From contig NZ_CP050152.1 in NCBI RefSeq assembly GCF_011617245.1, positions 1,910,503 through 1,974,502 of the forward strand: DNA of 64,000 nucleotides, read 5' to 3'. Below are positions 8,378-19,436 of this stretch, one piece after another; position 1 is the first letter of the stretch, and each line of letters starts with the position of its first letter. The position numbers and the translations under genes were made by a program. The stretch is from Brevibacterium atlanticum. GTDB taxonomy: Bacteria > Actinomycetota > Actinomycetes > Actinomycetales > Brevibacteriaceae. The notes under the pieces are model-generated. The model made no database searches, was not told where the DNA came from, and saw only the letters and a list, made by a program, of their open reading frames with translations.

Positions 8378-9793
8378 ATGCACGGACGAGGACAGAGGCG
8401 GATGCCGACTGCGCGACTCTCCCGCCGCCAGGTCCTCACCGGCGGCGCCGCTGGGCTGGGCCTGCTCGGGCTCGGCGGGGGAATCGTCGCAAGTGTGGCC
8501 GAGGCAGGACGCCCCGATCCGGTCCGTTCGGTCACAGTCGCCTACACCGCTTCCGGCCAGCGCATGGGTCTCGAAGCCGACGAGGCACGGGACCTGCCCG
8601 CCTCCTCTCGGGTGATGCCCGACCTCGCCGACCCGGGCCCCGCACGCCGTCAGCAGGACTTCCTCGACGGATGCGCCCCCTGGCTCGCCGCCCTGCCTGC
8701 ACAGCGACGGGAGTCAGCGGTCTCGGCCCTGCTCGACCTCTGGGTGCTCAGCGACGAACTGCCCGCAACGGTGGCCGGAGGCGTCGGCCCGTGGCGCTAC
8801 ATCTGGGCCCGCGACGCCGCATTCGCCGCTGTCGCGTTCTCCCGCATCGGCTTCGCCGAACTCGGCTGGAAGCAGCTCCTCCACCTCCAATCGCTGCAGG
8901 CGGCAGACGGATCGTTCGCCGCCCGCGTGATACCGGAGACGGGTCTGGCACCCGATGACCGACAGTCGCAGTTCGACTCTCTCGGCCTGGTCCTGTGGTC
9001 GATCTCCGAGGTCCACTCCGCGTCGACTGCCGGCGGTGAACCGTTCGCTCTGGGCGACCTTCGCCGCCTGCTGCGCCTCACTTCCGACCGCCTCATCGAC
9101 CACACCGGTCACGGGCGCAGCCTGCCGCCGGCGGGTCCGGACTACTGGGAGGTCGTCGAATCCCGGGTCACACTCGGCCTTGCCGCTCCGACACTCGTCG
9201 GTCTGGGCGCACTGGCCGGACTCTGCACCGCAGCACAGGAACTGGGGGACCACCTCGGCGAGGGAGCGGACGCGGTGCCGGAGATCGCGGAGACCTTCGC
9301 CTCGACGTTCGCCCGGACCTTCGGGGCGAACGGGCTGCAGCGCTACCCGACATCGGGCGGACCCGATTCGGCCATCGCCTACCTCGCGCTGTCCGGGGCG
9401 GGCGCGCACGACGGTTCGACCGCCTCGGCGACGGGGCACGGTCCACGAGCGGATCCGCCCGTGCTCGAGTCACCGATGCTCGCGGGCGTCTGGGACCGGC
9501 TGGAACAGCCGGCCGGAGGGATCAAACCCGGACACGGGTGGATCATCGACCGGTCCAGCTGGACACCGTCGACCTCGCTCATGGGGCTCGGCTTCGCCCG
9601 TCTCGGAGACGTCGAACGCGGCGAGGCGGTCCTCGACTGGCTGAGTGCGAACCGCACCGTCGCCGGTTCCTATCCCGAGAAGATCAGCGCCGACGGCAGG
9701 GCCGTCTCGGTGGCTCCGCTGTCCTGGACGGCTGCGAATGTCATCATCACCCTCGACGAGCTCTATGGACCCTCGCGCGGGGGCGGCGGATGA
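8378..9793 (+). CDS. Tat-secreted glycoside hydrolase family 15-like (glucoamylase/trehalase-like) protein
   Basis: Twin-arginine signal (SRRQVLTGGAAGLGLLGLG). GH15-like motifs PWRYIWARDAAF and DYWEVVE. Confidence 0.5.
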   Translation: MHGRGQRRMPTARLSRRQVLTGGAAGLGLLGLGGGIVASVAEAGRPDPVRSVTVAYTASGQRMGLEADEARDLPASSRVMPDLADPGPARRQQDFLDGCAPWLAALPAQRRESAVSALLDLWVLSDELPATVAGGVGPWRYIWARDAAFAAVAFSRIGFAELGWKQLLHLQSLQAADGSFAARVIPETGLAPDDRQSQFDSLGLVLWSISEVHSASTAGGEPFALGDLRRLLRLTSDRLIDHTGHGRSLPPAGPDYWEVVESRVTLGLAAPTLVGLGALAGLCTAAQELGDHLGEGADAVPEIAETFASTFARTFGANGLQRYPTSGGPDSAIAYLALSGAGAHDGSTASATGHGPRADPPVLESPMLAGVWDRLEQPAGGIKPGHGWIIDRSSWTPSTSLMGLGFARLGDVERGEAVLDWLSANRTVAGSYPEKISADGRAVSVAPLSWTAANVIITLDELYGPSRGGGG

Positions 9794-10006
9794 AATGCGC
9801 CCGGTTTCGCGTATCGGTTGGGGTTTCGCGTAATATGGGTGATTGCGTCTTGCGGACGTGCGCGAAGTATTCGTGGACTTTCGCTCCCCCTCAGGCCAGG
9901 AGATGGCCGATCAGGCTGTGAGCTGACCGTTTGTGGTCACGAACTGGGCCGGTCAGGTCGGAAGATGGCCGCAAATGCATGACTGTCGAAATTGAAAGGT
10001 CGCACT

Positions 10007-11368
10007 GTGAAGAGCTCCGTCGAGCAACTCGACCCCACGCGGGTCAAGGTCAGCGTGGAAGTCCCATACGCCGAACTCAAACCGAGCGTCGACGAGGCAT
10101 ACAAGACCATCGGTGCGCAGGTCACCGTCCCCGGCTTCCGCAAGGGCAAGGTCCCTGCCCGCATCATCGATCAGCGGATCGGCCGCCCGGCAGTGATCCA
10201 GGAGGCCATCAACAACGGCCTCGATGACTTCTATCGCACTGCGGTCGATGAGAACGAGCTCAAGCCGATGGGTCAGCCCGAGGTCGAGATCTCCGAGGTG
10301 CCCGGACTCGACGGCACCGAAGACGGCGACCTGGGCTTCACCGTCGAGGTCGACGTCCGCCCCGAGATCGAACTGCCCGCTTACGATTCGATCACCGTCG
10401 AGGTCGATCCCATCGAGGTCACCGACGAAGACGTGGATGCCGAGCTCGAGCAGCTGCGCACCCGCTTCGGCACCCTCACCGCGGTCGATCGGCCCGCCGC
10501 GAAGGACGACTTCGTCACCCTCGACCTCGTCGCCACCATCGGTGAGGAAGAGATCGACACCGCTTCGGACATCTCGTACCAGGTCGGTGCCGGAACCATG
10601 CTTGAGGGCATGGACGAGGCCCTCGACGGCCTCTCCGCCGGGGAGACCACCACCTTCGAGACCACCTTCGCCGGCGGCGAGCACGCCGGCGAACAGGGCA
10701 CCGTGAAGATCACCCTGGGTGCGGTCAAGGAACGCGAACTGCCCGAGGCCGACGACGACTTCGCTCAGCTGGCCAGCGAGTTCGACACCATCGCCGAACT
10801 GCGTGACGATCTGCGTGAGCAGGCCGCCAAGCAGAAGGAGACCGACCAGGGTGTGCAGGCCCGCGACAAGGTCCTCGAGCACCTCATCGAGACCCTCGAG
10901 GTCCCCGTTCCGGCCAAGATCGTCAGCGATGAGGTGGAGCGTCACCTCGAGTCCGAGAACCGGGTCGATGACGACGAACACCGCAAGGAGGTCACCGAGG
11001 AGACCGAGCGCAACCTGCGCACCCAGTTCATCCTCGATGCCGTCTCCGAAGCCGAGAACGTCGAGGTCAGTCAGCCCGAGCTCATCGAGTACCTGATCTC
11101 CGCCTCGCAGCAGTACGGCATGAACCCCAACGAGTTCGCCCAGATGCTCGACAGCTCCGGACAGGTCAACGCCTTGGTCGGAGAGGTCTCGCGCCGCAAG
11201 GCTCTGGCCGCCGTCCTCGCCGGTGCCACGGTCAAGGACACCGCCGGCAACGTCGTCGACATGGAGGCCTTCACCTCCGCCGGAGACGATGAGGACGCCG
11301 AGGCCGTCGAGGCCGAGGCAGCCGATGACGCGGACGAAGCGACCGCGGAGGTCGCGGAAGAGAACTGA
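10007..11368 (+). CDS. tig: Trigger factor (ribosome-associated peptidyl-prolyl isomerase chaperone)
   Basis: N-terminal ribosome-binding signature FRKGKVP. PPIase and C-terminal domains with an acidic tail. GTG start at 10007 with GAAAGG RBS; the ORF track starts at 9992. Confidence 0.9.
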   Translation: MKSSVEQLDPTRVKVSVEVPYAELKPSVDEAYKTIGAQVTVPGFRKGKVPARIIDQRIGRPAVIQEAINNGLDDFYRTAVDENELKPMGQPEVEISEVPGLDGTEDGDLGFTVEVDVRPEIELPAYDSITVEVDPIEVTDEDVDAELEQLRTRFGTLTAVDRPAAKDDFVTLDLVATIGEEEIDTASDISYQVGAGTMLEGMDEALDGLSAGETTTFETTFAGGEHAGEQGTVKITLGAVKERELPEADDDFAQLASEFDTIAELRDDLREQAAKQKETDQGVQARDKVLEHLIETLEVPVPAKIVSDEVERHLESENRVDDDEHRKEVTEETERNLRTQFILDAVSEAENVEVSQPELIEYLISASQQYGMNPNEFAQMLDSSGQVNALVGEVSRRKALAAVLAGATVKDTAGNVVDMEAFTSAGDDEDAEAVEAEAADDADEATAEVAEEN

Positions 11369-11457
11369 GGGAGAGCCGCCTCGGCGGTGGATTCCTGATC
11401 AGACGGTGGGTGCGGATTCGGTTCCGCGCCCACCGTCTTCGCATCCGTCAGCCAGCC

Positions 11458-11476
11458 TTTCACGCTGAGGGCGAAC
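11458..11476 (+). promoter_or_regulatory. Putative ClgR operator upstream of clpP1P2
   Basis: TTTCACGCTGAGGGCGAAC fits the actinobacterial ClgR consensus WNNWCGCYNANRGCGWWS (CGC-N5-GCG core), about 80 nt upstream of the clpP1 start. Confidence 0.4.
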
Positions 11477-11557
11477 ACAGGCACCGCCACGGACTAAATC
11501 CCGATGGTCAGAGGTTAGAGTCCATATCAAGCCATCCACAGAACACAGGAGTGAAAC

Positions 11558-12169
11558 GTGAGCGCACACGACATGACAGCGCCCGTCGGCCTCGACGCCG
11601 GTGGGGGAATGGGCCTGGACGACCATATCTTCAACCGCCTCCTCAAGGAGCGCATCATCTGGCTCGGCTCAGAGGTGCGCGACGACAACGCCAACGCGAT
11701 CTGTGCGCAGATGATGCTGCTGGCCGCTGAGGATCCGGAAGCGGACATCTCGCTCTACATCAACTCCCCGGGCGGTTCGGTCACCGCAGGCATGGCCATC
11801 TACGACACCATGCAGTACATCAAGCCCGACGTCTCGACTGTGGCGATGGGCATGGCCGCCTCGATGGGCCAGTTCCTGCTGTCCTCGGGCACCCCGGGCA
11901 AGCGGTACGCGACCCCGCACGCCCGCATCCTCATGCACCAGCCGCTGGGCGGCATCGGAGGCACAGCCACGGACATCAAGATCCAGGCCGAGCTGATTCT
12001 GCACATGAAGAAGCAGATGGCGGAGCTGACCGCTGAGCAGACCGGCAAGTCGCTCGAGCAGATCCTCAAGGACAACGATCGCGACCACTGGTTCACCGCC
12101 GAAGAGGCCTTGGAATACGGCTTCATCGACAAGATGGTCACCCGCGCATCCGACGTCGAGAACAACTGA
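11558..12169 (+). CDS. clpP1: ATP-dependent Clp protease proteolytic subunit 1
   Basis: Catalytic-triad context ([16 protein letters not shown]). GTG start with AGGAG RBS. Tandem with clpP2 as in actinobacteria. Confidence 0.9.
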   Translation: MSAHDMTAPVGLDAGGGMGLDDHIFNRLLKERIIWLGSEVRDDNANAICAQMMLLAAEDPEADISLYINSPGGSVTAGMAIYDTMQYIKPDVSTVAMGMAASMGQFLLSSGTPGKRYATPHARILMHQPLGGIGGTATDIKIQAELILHMKKQMAELTAEQTGKSLEQILKDNDRDHWFTAEEALEYGFIDKMVTRASDVENN

Positions 12170-12186
12170 GCAGGAGTGAGGGAAGA

Positions 12187-12840
12187 ATGAATTCAATGAA
12201 CTTTATGCCGGGTTCGACGGCGTCGAACATGCCGCAGTCACGCTATGTCATGCCCCAGTTCGAAGAGCGGACCCCCTATGGCTTCAAGCGCCAGGATCCG
12301 TACACGAAGCTCTTCGACGACCGTGTGGTCTTCCTCGGCGCGCAGGTCGACGACACCTCCGCCGACGACGTCATGGCCCAGCTGCTGGTGCTCGAATCGC
12401 AGGACCCGGACCGCGATATCACCCTGTACATCAACTCTCCCGGCGGCTCATTCACCGCGATGACGGCGATCTACGACACGATGCAGTACATCAAGCCCGA
12501 GATCCAGACCGTGTGCCTCGGCCAGGCCGCCTCCGCAGCGGCCGTGCTGCTCGCCGCCGGAACCCCCGGCAAGCGACTGGCGCTGCCGAACGCACGAGTG
12601 CTCATCCACCAGCCGGCCATGCAGGGGCAGGGGCAGGGCCAGGCGTCCGACCTCGAGATCCAGGCAGCCGAGGTGCTGCGGATGCGGGAATGGCTCGAGG
12701 GAACTCTGGCCAAGCACTCGAACAAGGAGGCGACTCAGGTGTCGAACGACATCGAACGCGACCTCTTCCTCACGGCCGAACAGGCCAAGGACTACGGCCT
12801 CGTCGACCAGGTGCTGTCCTCGCGTAAGAACGCGGACTGA
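12187..12840 (+). CDS. clpP2: ATP-dependent Clp protease proteolytic subunit 2
   Basis: [17 protein letters not shown] and LIHQPA motifs. Second paralog immediately downstream of clpP1. Confidence 0.9.
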   Translation: MNSMNFMPGSTASNMPQSRYVMPQFEERTPYGFKRQDPYTKLFDDRVVFLGAQVDDTSADDVMAQLLVLESQDPDRDITLYINSPGGSFTAMTAIYDTMQYIKPEIQTVCLGQAASAAAVLLAAGTPGKRLALPNARVLIHQPAMQGQGQGQASDLEIQAAEVLRMREWLEGTLAKHSNKEATQVSNDIERDLFLTAEQAKDYGLVDQVLSSRKNAD

Positions 12841-12870
12841 GCACCGTCGCCGCGCACTGAGGCGCAGTGA

Positions 12871-12910
12871 GGAACGGGTCCGCACGACAGTGCACGTGCG
12901 GACCCGTTCC
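12871..12910 (+). terminator. Terminator hairpin after clpP2 (15-bp perfect stem)
   Basis: GGAACGGGTCCGCAC-GACAGTGCAC-GTGCGGACCCGTTCC. Confidence 0.5.
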
Positions 12911-13060
12911 CGCATCCGATCCGTCGCGGTCGCCGTCGCTGAGCGACACACCGAATGACGCCGCTGGGGTCTCGTGTCAGCGACGTATGGGAAGCTATTG
13001 AGGTACAGGAAACACGAGCGGTAGAGTTGGGGCCAAGCGCCCTGGCGAAAGGTTGTGACA

Positions 13061-14347
<1,287 letters not shown>

Positions 14348-14359
14348 GCCTCGTAGTCC

Positions 14360-15646
14360 ATGAGGCTCATCGCTGATACCCGCCCGCTGAAGTACGCCGC
14401 ATTTCGGCGGCTCTGGCTGGCCAACATCGTCACCGTCATCGGTGCCCAGATGACGGTCGTCGCAATACCCGCGCAGATCTTCCACATCACAGGGTCCTCC
14501 GGATACGTCGGACTCGCCGGCGCGTTCGGACTTGTTCCGCTCGTCGTGTTCGGCTTGTGGGGCGGGTCCCTGGCCGATGTCATGGACCGTCGCAGGCTGC
14601 TGGTGATCTCGACCGTCGGGCTGATCGTCACCAGTGCGATCCTCGCTGTGCTCGCTGTGGCGGCCGTCGACAACGTCTGGCTGCTGCTGTCGGTGTTCTC
14701 GATGCAGCAGGCCTTCTTCGGACTCAACCAGCCTGCCCGAGGCGCACTGCTTCCCACGATCATCCCGCTTGACATGCTGCCGGCGGCGAACTCGCTGAAC
14801 ATGACGGTGATGACCCTCGGCGCGGTCGTCGGCCCGGTCATCGGCGGGGCGCTCATCCCTCTCTTCGGATACCAGCTGCTCTACATCCTCGACGCGGTGT
14901 TCCTCTTCGCGACGCTCTACGCAGTCATCCGGCTGCCGTCGCTGCTGCCGAAGAAGCAGCCGGATACACGCTCAGGGTTCAAAGGCATCGTCGACGGATT
15001 CCAGTACCTGGGGACCAACACCGTCGTCATGGTCTCCCTGCTCGTCGACATCATCGCCATGGTCTTCGGCATGCCTCGCGCCTTGTTTCCCCAGATCGCC
15101 GCCGAGACCTTCGGCGGACCACCCGAAGGCGGCATCGTCTTCTCCCTGCTCTTCGCCGCGCTGGCCGGCGGCAGCGCCCTGGCCGGGATCTTCTCCGGCT
15201 GGGTCTCGAAGGTCGAACGCCAGGGGCTGGCAGTGATCGTCGCGATCAGTGTCTGGGGCGGCGCAATGACAGTCTTCGGGCTCTCCCTCGAACTCGCCTC
15301 GGGCTTCTGGCTGGCCGCACTCATCATTGCGCTCTGCGGCCTGGCTGTCGGCGGGGGAGCGGACATCATCTCCTCGGCCTTCCGGTCGACGATGCTCCAG
15401 GAGGCGGCCACCGATGACATGCGCGGTCGCATGCAGGGTGTGTTCATCGTCGTCGTCGCCGGAGGACCGAGGATCGCCGACGTGCTGCACGGTTCGGTCG
15501 CCGCCGTCTCGAACACCACCATCGCCACGGCCGGCGGCGGAATCGCCGTCATCGTCCTCGTCCTCACGTGTGCAGTCATCTTCCCCGCCTTCGTGAAGTA
15601 CCGAGTCGAACGCGGCGGCCGCGACCATACCGTGGTCGCCGACTGA
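14360..15646 (+). CDS. MFS transporter (12 TM helices)
   Basis: Hydrophobic profile and MFS-like motifs (GGSLADVMDRRRLL). Confidence 0.7.
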   Translation: MRLIADTRPLKYAAFRRLWLANIVTVIGAQMTVVAIPAQIFHITGSSGYVGLAGAFGLVPLVVFGLWGGSLADVMDRRRLLVISTVGLIVTSAILAVLAVAAVDNVWLLLSVFSMQQAFFGLNQPARGALLPTIIPLDMLPAANSLNMTVMTLGAVVGPVIGGALIPLFGYQLLYILDAVFLFATLYAVIRLPSLLPKKQPDTRSGFKGIVDGFQYLGTNTVVMVSLLVDIIAMVFGMPRALFPQIAAETFGGPPEGGIVFSLLFAALAGGSALAGIFSGWVSKVERQGLAVIVAISVWGGAMTVFGLSLELASGFWLAALIIALCGLAVGGGADIISSAFRSTMLQEAATDDMRGRMQGVFIVVVAGGPRIADVLHGSVAAVSNTTIATAGGGIAVIVLVLTCAVIFPAFVKYRVERGGRDHTVVAD

Positions 15647-15663
15647 CCGCTGCCCGCAGACTG

Positions 15664-15731
15664 CGAGACACCGCCGGAGCGCCGAAACCACGGCGTGTGC
15701 ACAGTGGTCTCGGCGCTCCGGCGGTGTCTCG
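15664..15731. terminator. Long perfect hairpin (22-bp stem) acting as bidirectional terminator between the convergent MFS and AIM24 genes
   Basis: GCGAGACACCGCCGGAGCGCCGA ... TCGGCGCTCCGGCGGTGTCTCG with a loop that is itself partly palindromic (GTGCAC). Confidence 0.5.
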
Positions 15732-15743
15732 AAGAGTCCGGGG

Positions 15744-16436
15744 TCAGCCCTGAGCGGCTGAATACACGGCGTTCTCGGCGGGCTGGACGACGACGAAGCC
15801 CGGACCGTGGAAGGCCAGCTGGATCGATTCGCCGGAGCCGCGGCCGAAGAACGTGCCGACGCTGACATCGGTCTTGATCTGCGGGGCCAGGGCCGATGAC
15901 CAGCAGACGGCCGCCTGCGGGTCGACGAACGTCGGCTGCTGAGAGCAGTCGAGCACCATCGGCTCGCCCTTGCAGCAGATGGCAGCGGTGCCCTGCCCGG
16001 CGAGTTCGAGGTTGAACAGTCCCGAGCCGCTGACCATGGCACCGACTCCGCCCTTGATCCGCTTGATCTCCCAGTTCAGAGCATCGTCGAAGGCGAGCAG
16101 GTTCGAGGTGTTGACCGTCAGGGCATCCTGGGGTCCTTCGAGGGCCATCATGAAGATGTTCGAGGCCTCGCGGGCGAAGAAGATCTCTCCGTGACCCTCG
16201 ACGCGCATGACGTTGCCGCCCTCACCGGTCGCGGCCTTCTTCATGAATTGCCCGACCGACTTCGAACCCTGGTGGGTGAAGCGGACATCGCCCTGATAGG
16301 CGACCATGGCGCCTTTGGTGGCGATCATCGGAGCGTTCGGGGTGATCACCGTGCGCAGCATCTTCTTCGACTGCAGGGTCCAGCGATCCTGGTTCTGGAT
16401 TTCGGCATTGCGCTGGGAAAAGAGTTCGCTTCTCAT
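15744..16436 (-). CDS. AIM24-family protein (TIGR00266/DUF124-like)
   Basis: About 230 aa, beta-rich and Gly-rich with no TM segments. Family assignment from overall sequence character. RBS GAAAGG upstream of the ATG at 16434-16436. Confidence 0.45.
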   Translation of the reverse strand: MRSELFSQRNAEIQNQDRWTLQSKKMLRTVITPNAPMIATKGAMVAYQGDVRFTHQGSKSVGQFMKKAATGEGGNVMRVEGHGEIFFAREASNIFMMALEGPQDALTVNTSNLLAFDDALNWEIKRIKGGVGAMVSGSGLFNLELAGQGTAAICCKGEPMVLDCSQQPTFVDPQAAVCWSSALAPQIKTDVSVGTFFGRGSGESIQLAFHGPGFVVVQPAENAVYSAAQG

Positions 16437-16586
16437 GTTCCACAGGCCTTTCGGTCAGGACGGAATTCCGTACTTCTTCGGTTGTCGGATCCATCCTACG
16501 TGGACGCCCGAACGGTGAGAGCGGCTTTCGTGTGCCGATCCGGGAACAAGCGCGCCGAGGCGGTCTGACGCTGTGACACAGATGCA

Positions 16587-16647
16587 GGAGACCCCGCGGT
16601 CTTGCGCTTCCCGCCTACAACGGGAAGCGCAAGACCGCGGGGTCTCC
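16587..16647 (-). terminator. Terminator of valS: 27-bp perfect-stem hairpin
   Basis: GGAGACCCCGCGGTCTTGCGCTTCCCG-CCTACAA-CGGGAAGCGCAAGACCGCGGGGTCTCC located 17 nt downstream of the valS stop. Confidence 0.55.
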
Positions 16648-16663
16648 CAGCCGAGTCCGGCGA

Positions 16664-19327
16664 TCAGGCCGGTTCGACGAAGCTGACATCGCCGATCGTG
16701 ATCGTGTCCCCGGACTCCTCGGTGACGAGCTTCTCGATGCGGCCGGCGGCGCGAAGATCGCCTTCCGCCGAGCGGATCGCCGACACGATCGCGGCCGGAG
16801 CCTGGATCGTGATTGCGGCGACGCCGGTCTTCTGCGAGACCTTGGCCTCGGTCTTCGTCCGTCGGATCTCGGTGAGCGCGGCCGCGACCGAGGCGAGCAG
16901 CTCCGGATCCACCGAGGCCTCCGGGACGCTGAGCGACTCATCGGCCGGCCAGGTCGCGCGGTGGACCGAGCCGGTGCGCCACCACGACCAGACCTCTTCG
17001 GTGACGAAGGGCATGAACGGCGCGAACAGGCGCAGCAGCACATCGAGCGCGGTGGCGAGCGTGACATGCGCCGAGACCTGGTCATCGCTGCCGGTCGCCC
17101 CGTACGAACGGTCCTTGACGAGTTCGACGTAGTCGTCGGTGAACTCCCAGAAGAAGCTCTCGGCCGCGCGGAGGGCATGAGCATAGTCGTACGCGGCCAT
17201 GTGGGTACCGGCCTGATCGACGACCTCGGCGAGCTTCGCCAGGAGCGCCCGGTCGAGGTCGTGAGTGACGGACCCCAGCTGCCCGATGAGCCCCTCATGG
17301 ACGCCCTGTGCGAGGGCGAACTTCGAAGCATTGAGCAGCTTCATCGCCAGGCGTCGGCCGATCTGCATCTGTGTCACGTCATAGGCGGTGTCCGCGCCGA
17401 GCTTGGCGCTGGCGGCCCAGTAGCGCACGGCGTCGGGACCGTAGCCGGGTTTGGCCTCGGCGAGGATGTCGGAGGGGACGACGACATTGCCCTTGGACTT
17501 CGACATCTTCTTCCGGTCGGGATCGAGGATCCAGCCGGACAGTGCCGCATGCTTCCACGGAGCCGCGTCGTTGAGCGAATTCGCCCGGACGACGGTCGAG
17601 AACAGCCAGGTGCGGATGATGTCGTGTCCCTGCGGACGCAGATCGAAGGGGAAGACCTTGTCGAAGAACTCCTCGTCACGCGACCAGCCGCCGAGGAGCT
17701 GCGGAGTCAGCGACGAGGTCGCCCAGGTGTCGAGGACGTCCGGGTCGGCGGTGAAGCCGCCGGGCACATCACGCTGGTCCTCTGTGAAACCGGCTGGCGC
17801 CTCGGCGATGGGATCGACCGGCAGCGATTCGGGCACGATCGGGTTGTCGTAGTCCGGGGTCCCATCGGAATCGAGGCGGTACCACAGGGGGATCGGCACA
17901 CCGAAGTACCGCTGCCGGGAGACGAGCCAGTCGCCGTTGAGGTTCTCCACCCAGTTCTCGTAGCGAGAGCGCATGAACGACGGGTGCCATTCGATCTCAC
18001 GGCCGCGAGCGATGAGCGCATCCCGCAGCTCCGCCGAGCGACCGCCGTTGCGGATGTACCACTGACGGCTGGTGACGACCTCGAGAGGCTTGTCGCCCTT
18101 CTCATAGAACGGCACCGGATGGGTGATGGGCTCGATCTCTCCGATGAGGTCACCGGAGTCGATGAGCATCTGGGCGATGTCCTTGCGCGCAGTGAACGTC
18201 GTCCTGCCGGCCAGGGCCTCGTAGTTGGCCACAGCGTCGGGCTTCGGCGAGGCGGCGATCCACTCGGGCACCTCGAGTCCCAGACGACCGCCGCGGTTGA
18301 TCACCGCGCGGGTCGGCAGGTCGAGTTCGCGCCACCAGGTGACGTCGGTGAGGTCGCCGAAGGTGCAGACCATGGCGATGCCGGTGCCCTTGTCGGATTT
18401 CGCGAGCTCATGAGCGCGGACCTCGACGCTGACGCCGAAGAGTGGTGAGACGACGTTCGTTCCGAACAGCGACGCATAGCGTTCGTCATCGGGATGGGCG
18501 ACGAGGGCGACCACGGCGGGAATGAGCTCCGGTCGCGAAGTGAGGATGATGATCGGCTCCGATGAGGTGTCGGCCAGTCCGTCGGCTCCCTCGGGGAAGA
18601 ACTTCACCTTGTGGTAGGCGCCTTCCTTCTCCCGGTCCTCGAGTTCGGCCTGTGCCACAGCGGTGCCGAAGGTGACATCCCACATCGTCGGCGCGTCCTG
18701 GGAATACGCGTGGCCGCGGGCGAGATCGGTGAGGAACGCCCGCTGACTCACGGCACGCGAATCATCGTCGATCGTGCGGTAGGTGTACGTCCAGTCCACG
18801 GACAGGCCGGTGGAGCGGAAGAGGTCCTCGAAGACCTGTTCGTCCTCGGCCGAGAGCCGTTCGCAGAGTTCGATGAAGTTCCGGCGGGAGATCTTCACGA
18901 AGTCGCGCGAGTTCTTCGGAGCCTTCTCCGGAGGCTGGAAGTCCGGATCATAGGCCTGGCCGGGATCGCACGTCACGCCGTAGTAGTTCTGCACCCGGCG
19001 TTCGGTGGGCAGTCCGTTGTCGTCCCAGCCCAGGGGGTAGAACACGTTCTTGCCCTGCATCCGCTGGTAGCGGGCGATGATATCGGTCTGCGTGTAGGAG
19101 AACACATGGCCGACGTGCAGCGACCCCGAGGCTGTCGGCGGGGGAGTGTCGATCGAGTAGACCTGCGCACGATCGGTCTCGGCATCGAATGCGTAGACGC
19201 CCGACTCACTCCACTGGGCATCCCATTTGTCCCGCAGGCCCTCGAGGGCCGGCTTGTCAGGCAGATTCACTGACTCGTGCGTCGAGTCCGAAAAGGCAGG
19301 TGTGTTCATAACTGCTGATTTTCTCAC
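16664..19327 (-). CDS. valS: Valine--tRNA ligase
   Basis: Class I HIGH (SGSLHVGHVFSY) and KMSKS (KMSKSKGNV) motifs, ValRS editing domain and C-terminal coiled coil. Start could alternatively be the ATG at 19309. Confidence 0.9.
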   Translation of the reverse strand: MRKSAVMNTPAFSDSTHESVNLPDKPALEGLRDKWDAQWSESGVYAFDAETDRAQVYSIDTPPPTASGSLHVGHVFSYTQTDIIARYQRMQGKNVFYPLGWDDNGLPTERRVQNYYGVTCDPGQAYDPDFQPPEKAPKNSRDFVKISRRNFIELCERLSAEDEQVFEDLFRSTGLSVDWTYTYRTIDDDSRAVSQRAFLTDLARGHAYSQDAPTMWDVTFGTAVAQAELEDREKEGAYHKVKFFPEGADGLADTSSEPIIILTSRPELIPAVVALVAHPDDERYASLFGTNVVSPLFGVSVEVRAHELAKSDKGTGIAMVCTFGDLTDVTWWRELDLPTRAVINRGGRLGLEVPEWIAASPKPDAVANYEALAGRTTFTARKDIAQMLIDSGDLIGEIEPITHPVPFYEKGDKPLEVVTSRQWYIRNGGRSAELRDALIARGREIEWHPSFMRSRYENWVENLNGDWLVSRQRYFGVPIPLWYRLDSDGTPDYDNPIVPESLPVDPIAEAPAGFTEDQRDVPGGFTADPDVLDTWATSSLTPQLLGGWSRDEEFFDKVFPFDLRPQGHDIIRTWLFSTVVRANSLNDAAPWKHAALSGWILDPDRKKMSKSKGNVVVPSDILAEAKPGYGPDAVRYWAASAKLGADTAYDVTQMQIGRRLAMKLLNASKFALAQGVHEGLIGQLGSVTHDLDRALLAKLAEVVDQAGTHMAAYDYAHALRAAESFFWEFTDDYVELVKDRSYGATGSDDQVSAHVTLATALDVLLRLFAPFMPFVTEEVWSWWRTGSVHRATWPADESLSVPEASVDPELLASVAAALTEIRRTKTEAKVSQKTGVAAITIQAPAAIVSAIRSAEGDLRAAGRIEKLVTEESGDTITIGDVSFVEPA

Positions 19328-19436
19328 CCGGTGAGCATTCGGCCAAACCGGTCAGCGCCCGTCGGCCAGGTGGCCCGTCTCACATCCTGAAGAGCAGGTG
19401 AGACGAGAAGGTGAAGGACAATGAGATTATTGCCCT

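Noticed and set aside
9794-10006. Possible tig promoter with duplicated GGTTTCGCGTA motif and TAATAT -10
   Set aside because: Spacing between the candidate -35 and -10 hexamers is not canonical (7 or 20 nt). Only the direct repeat itself is solid, so it is not called as a promoter.
12841-13054. Second ClgR-like site upstream of clpX (GCTGAGC palindrome)
   Set aside because: It does not fit the CGC-N5-GCG core; it is only a short palindrome.
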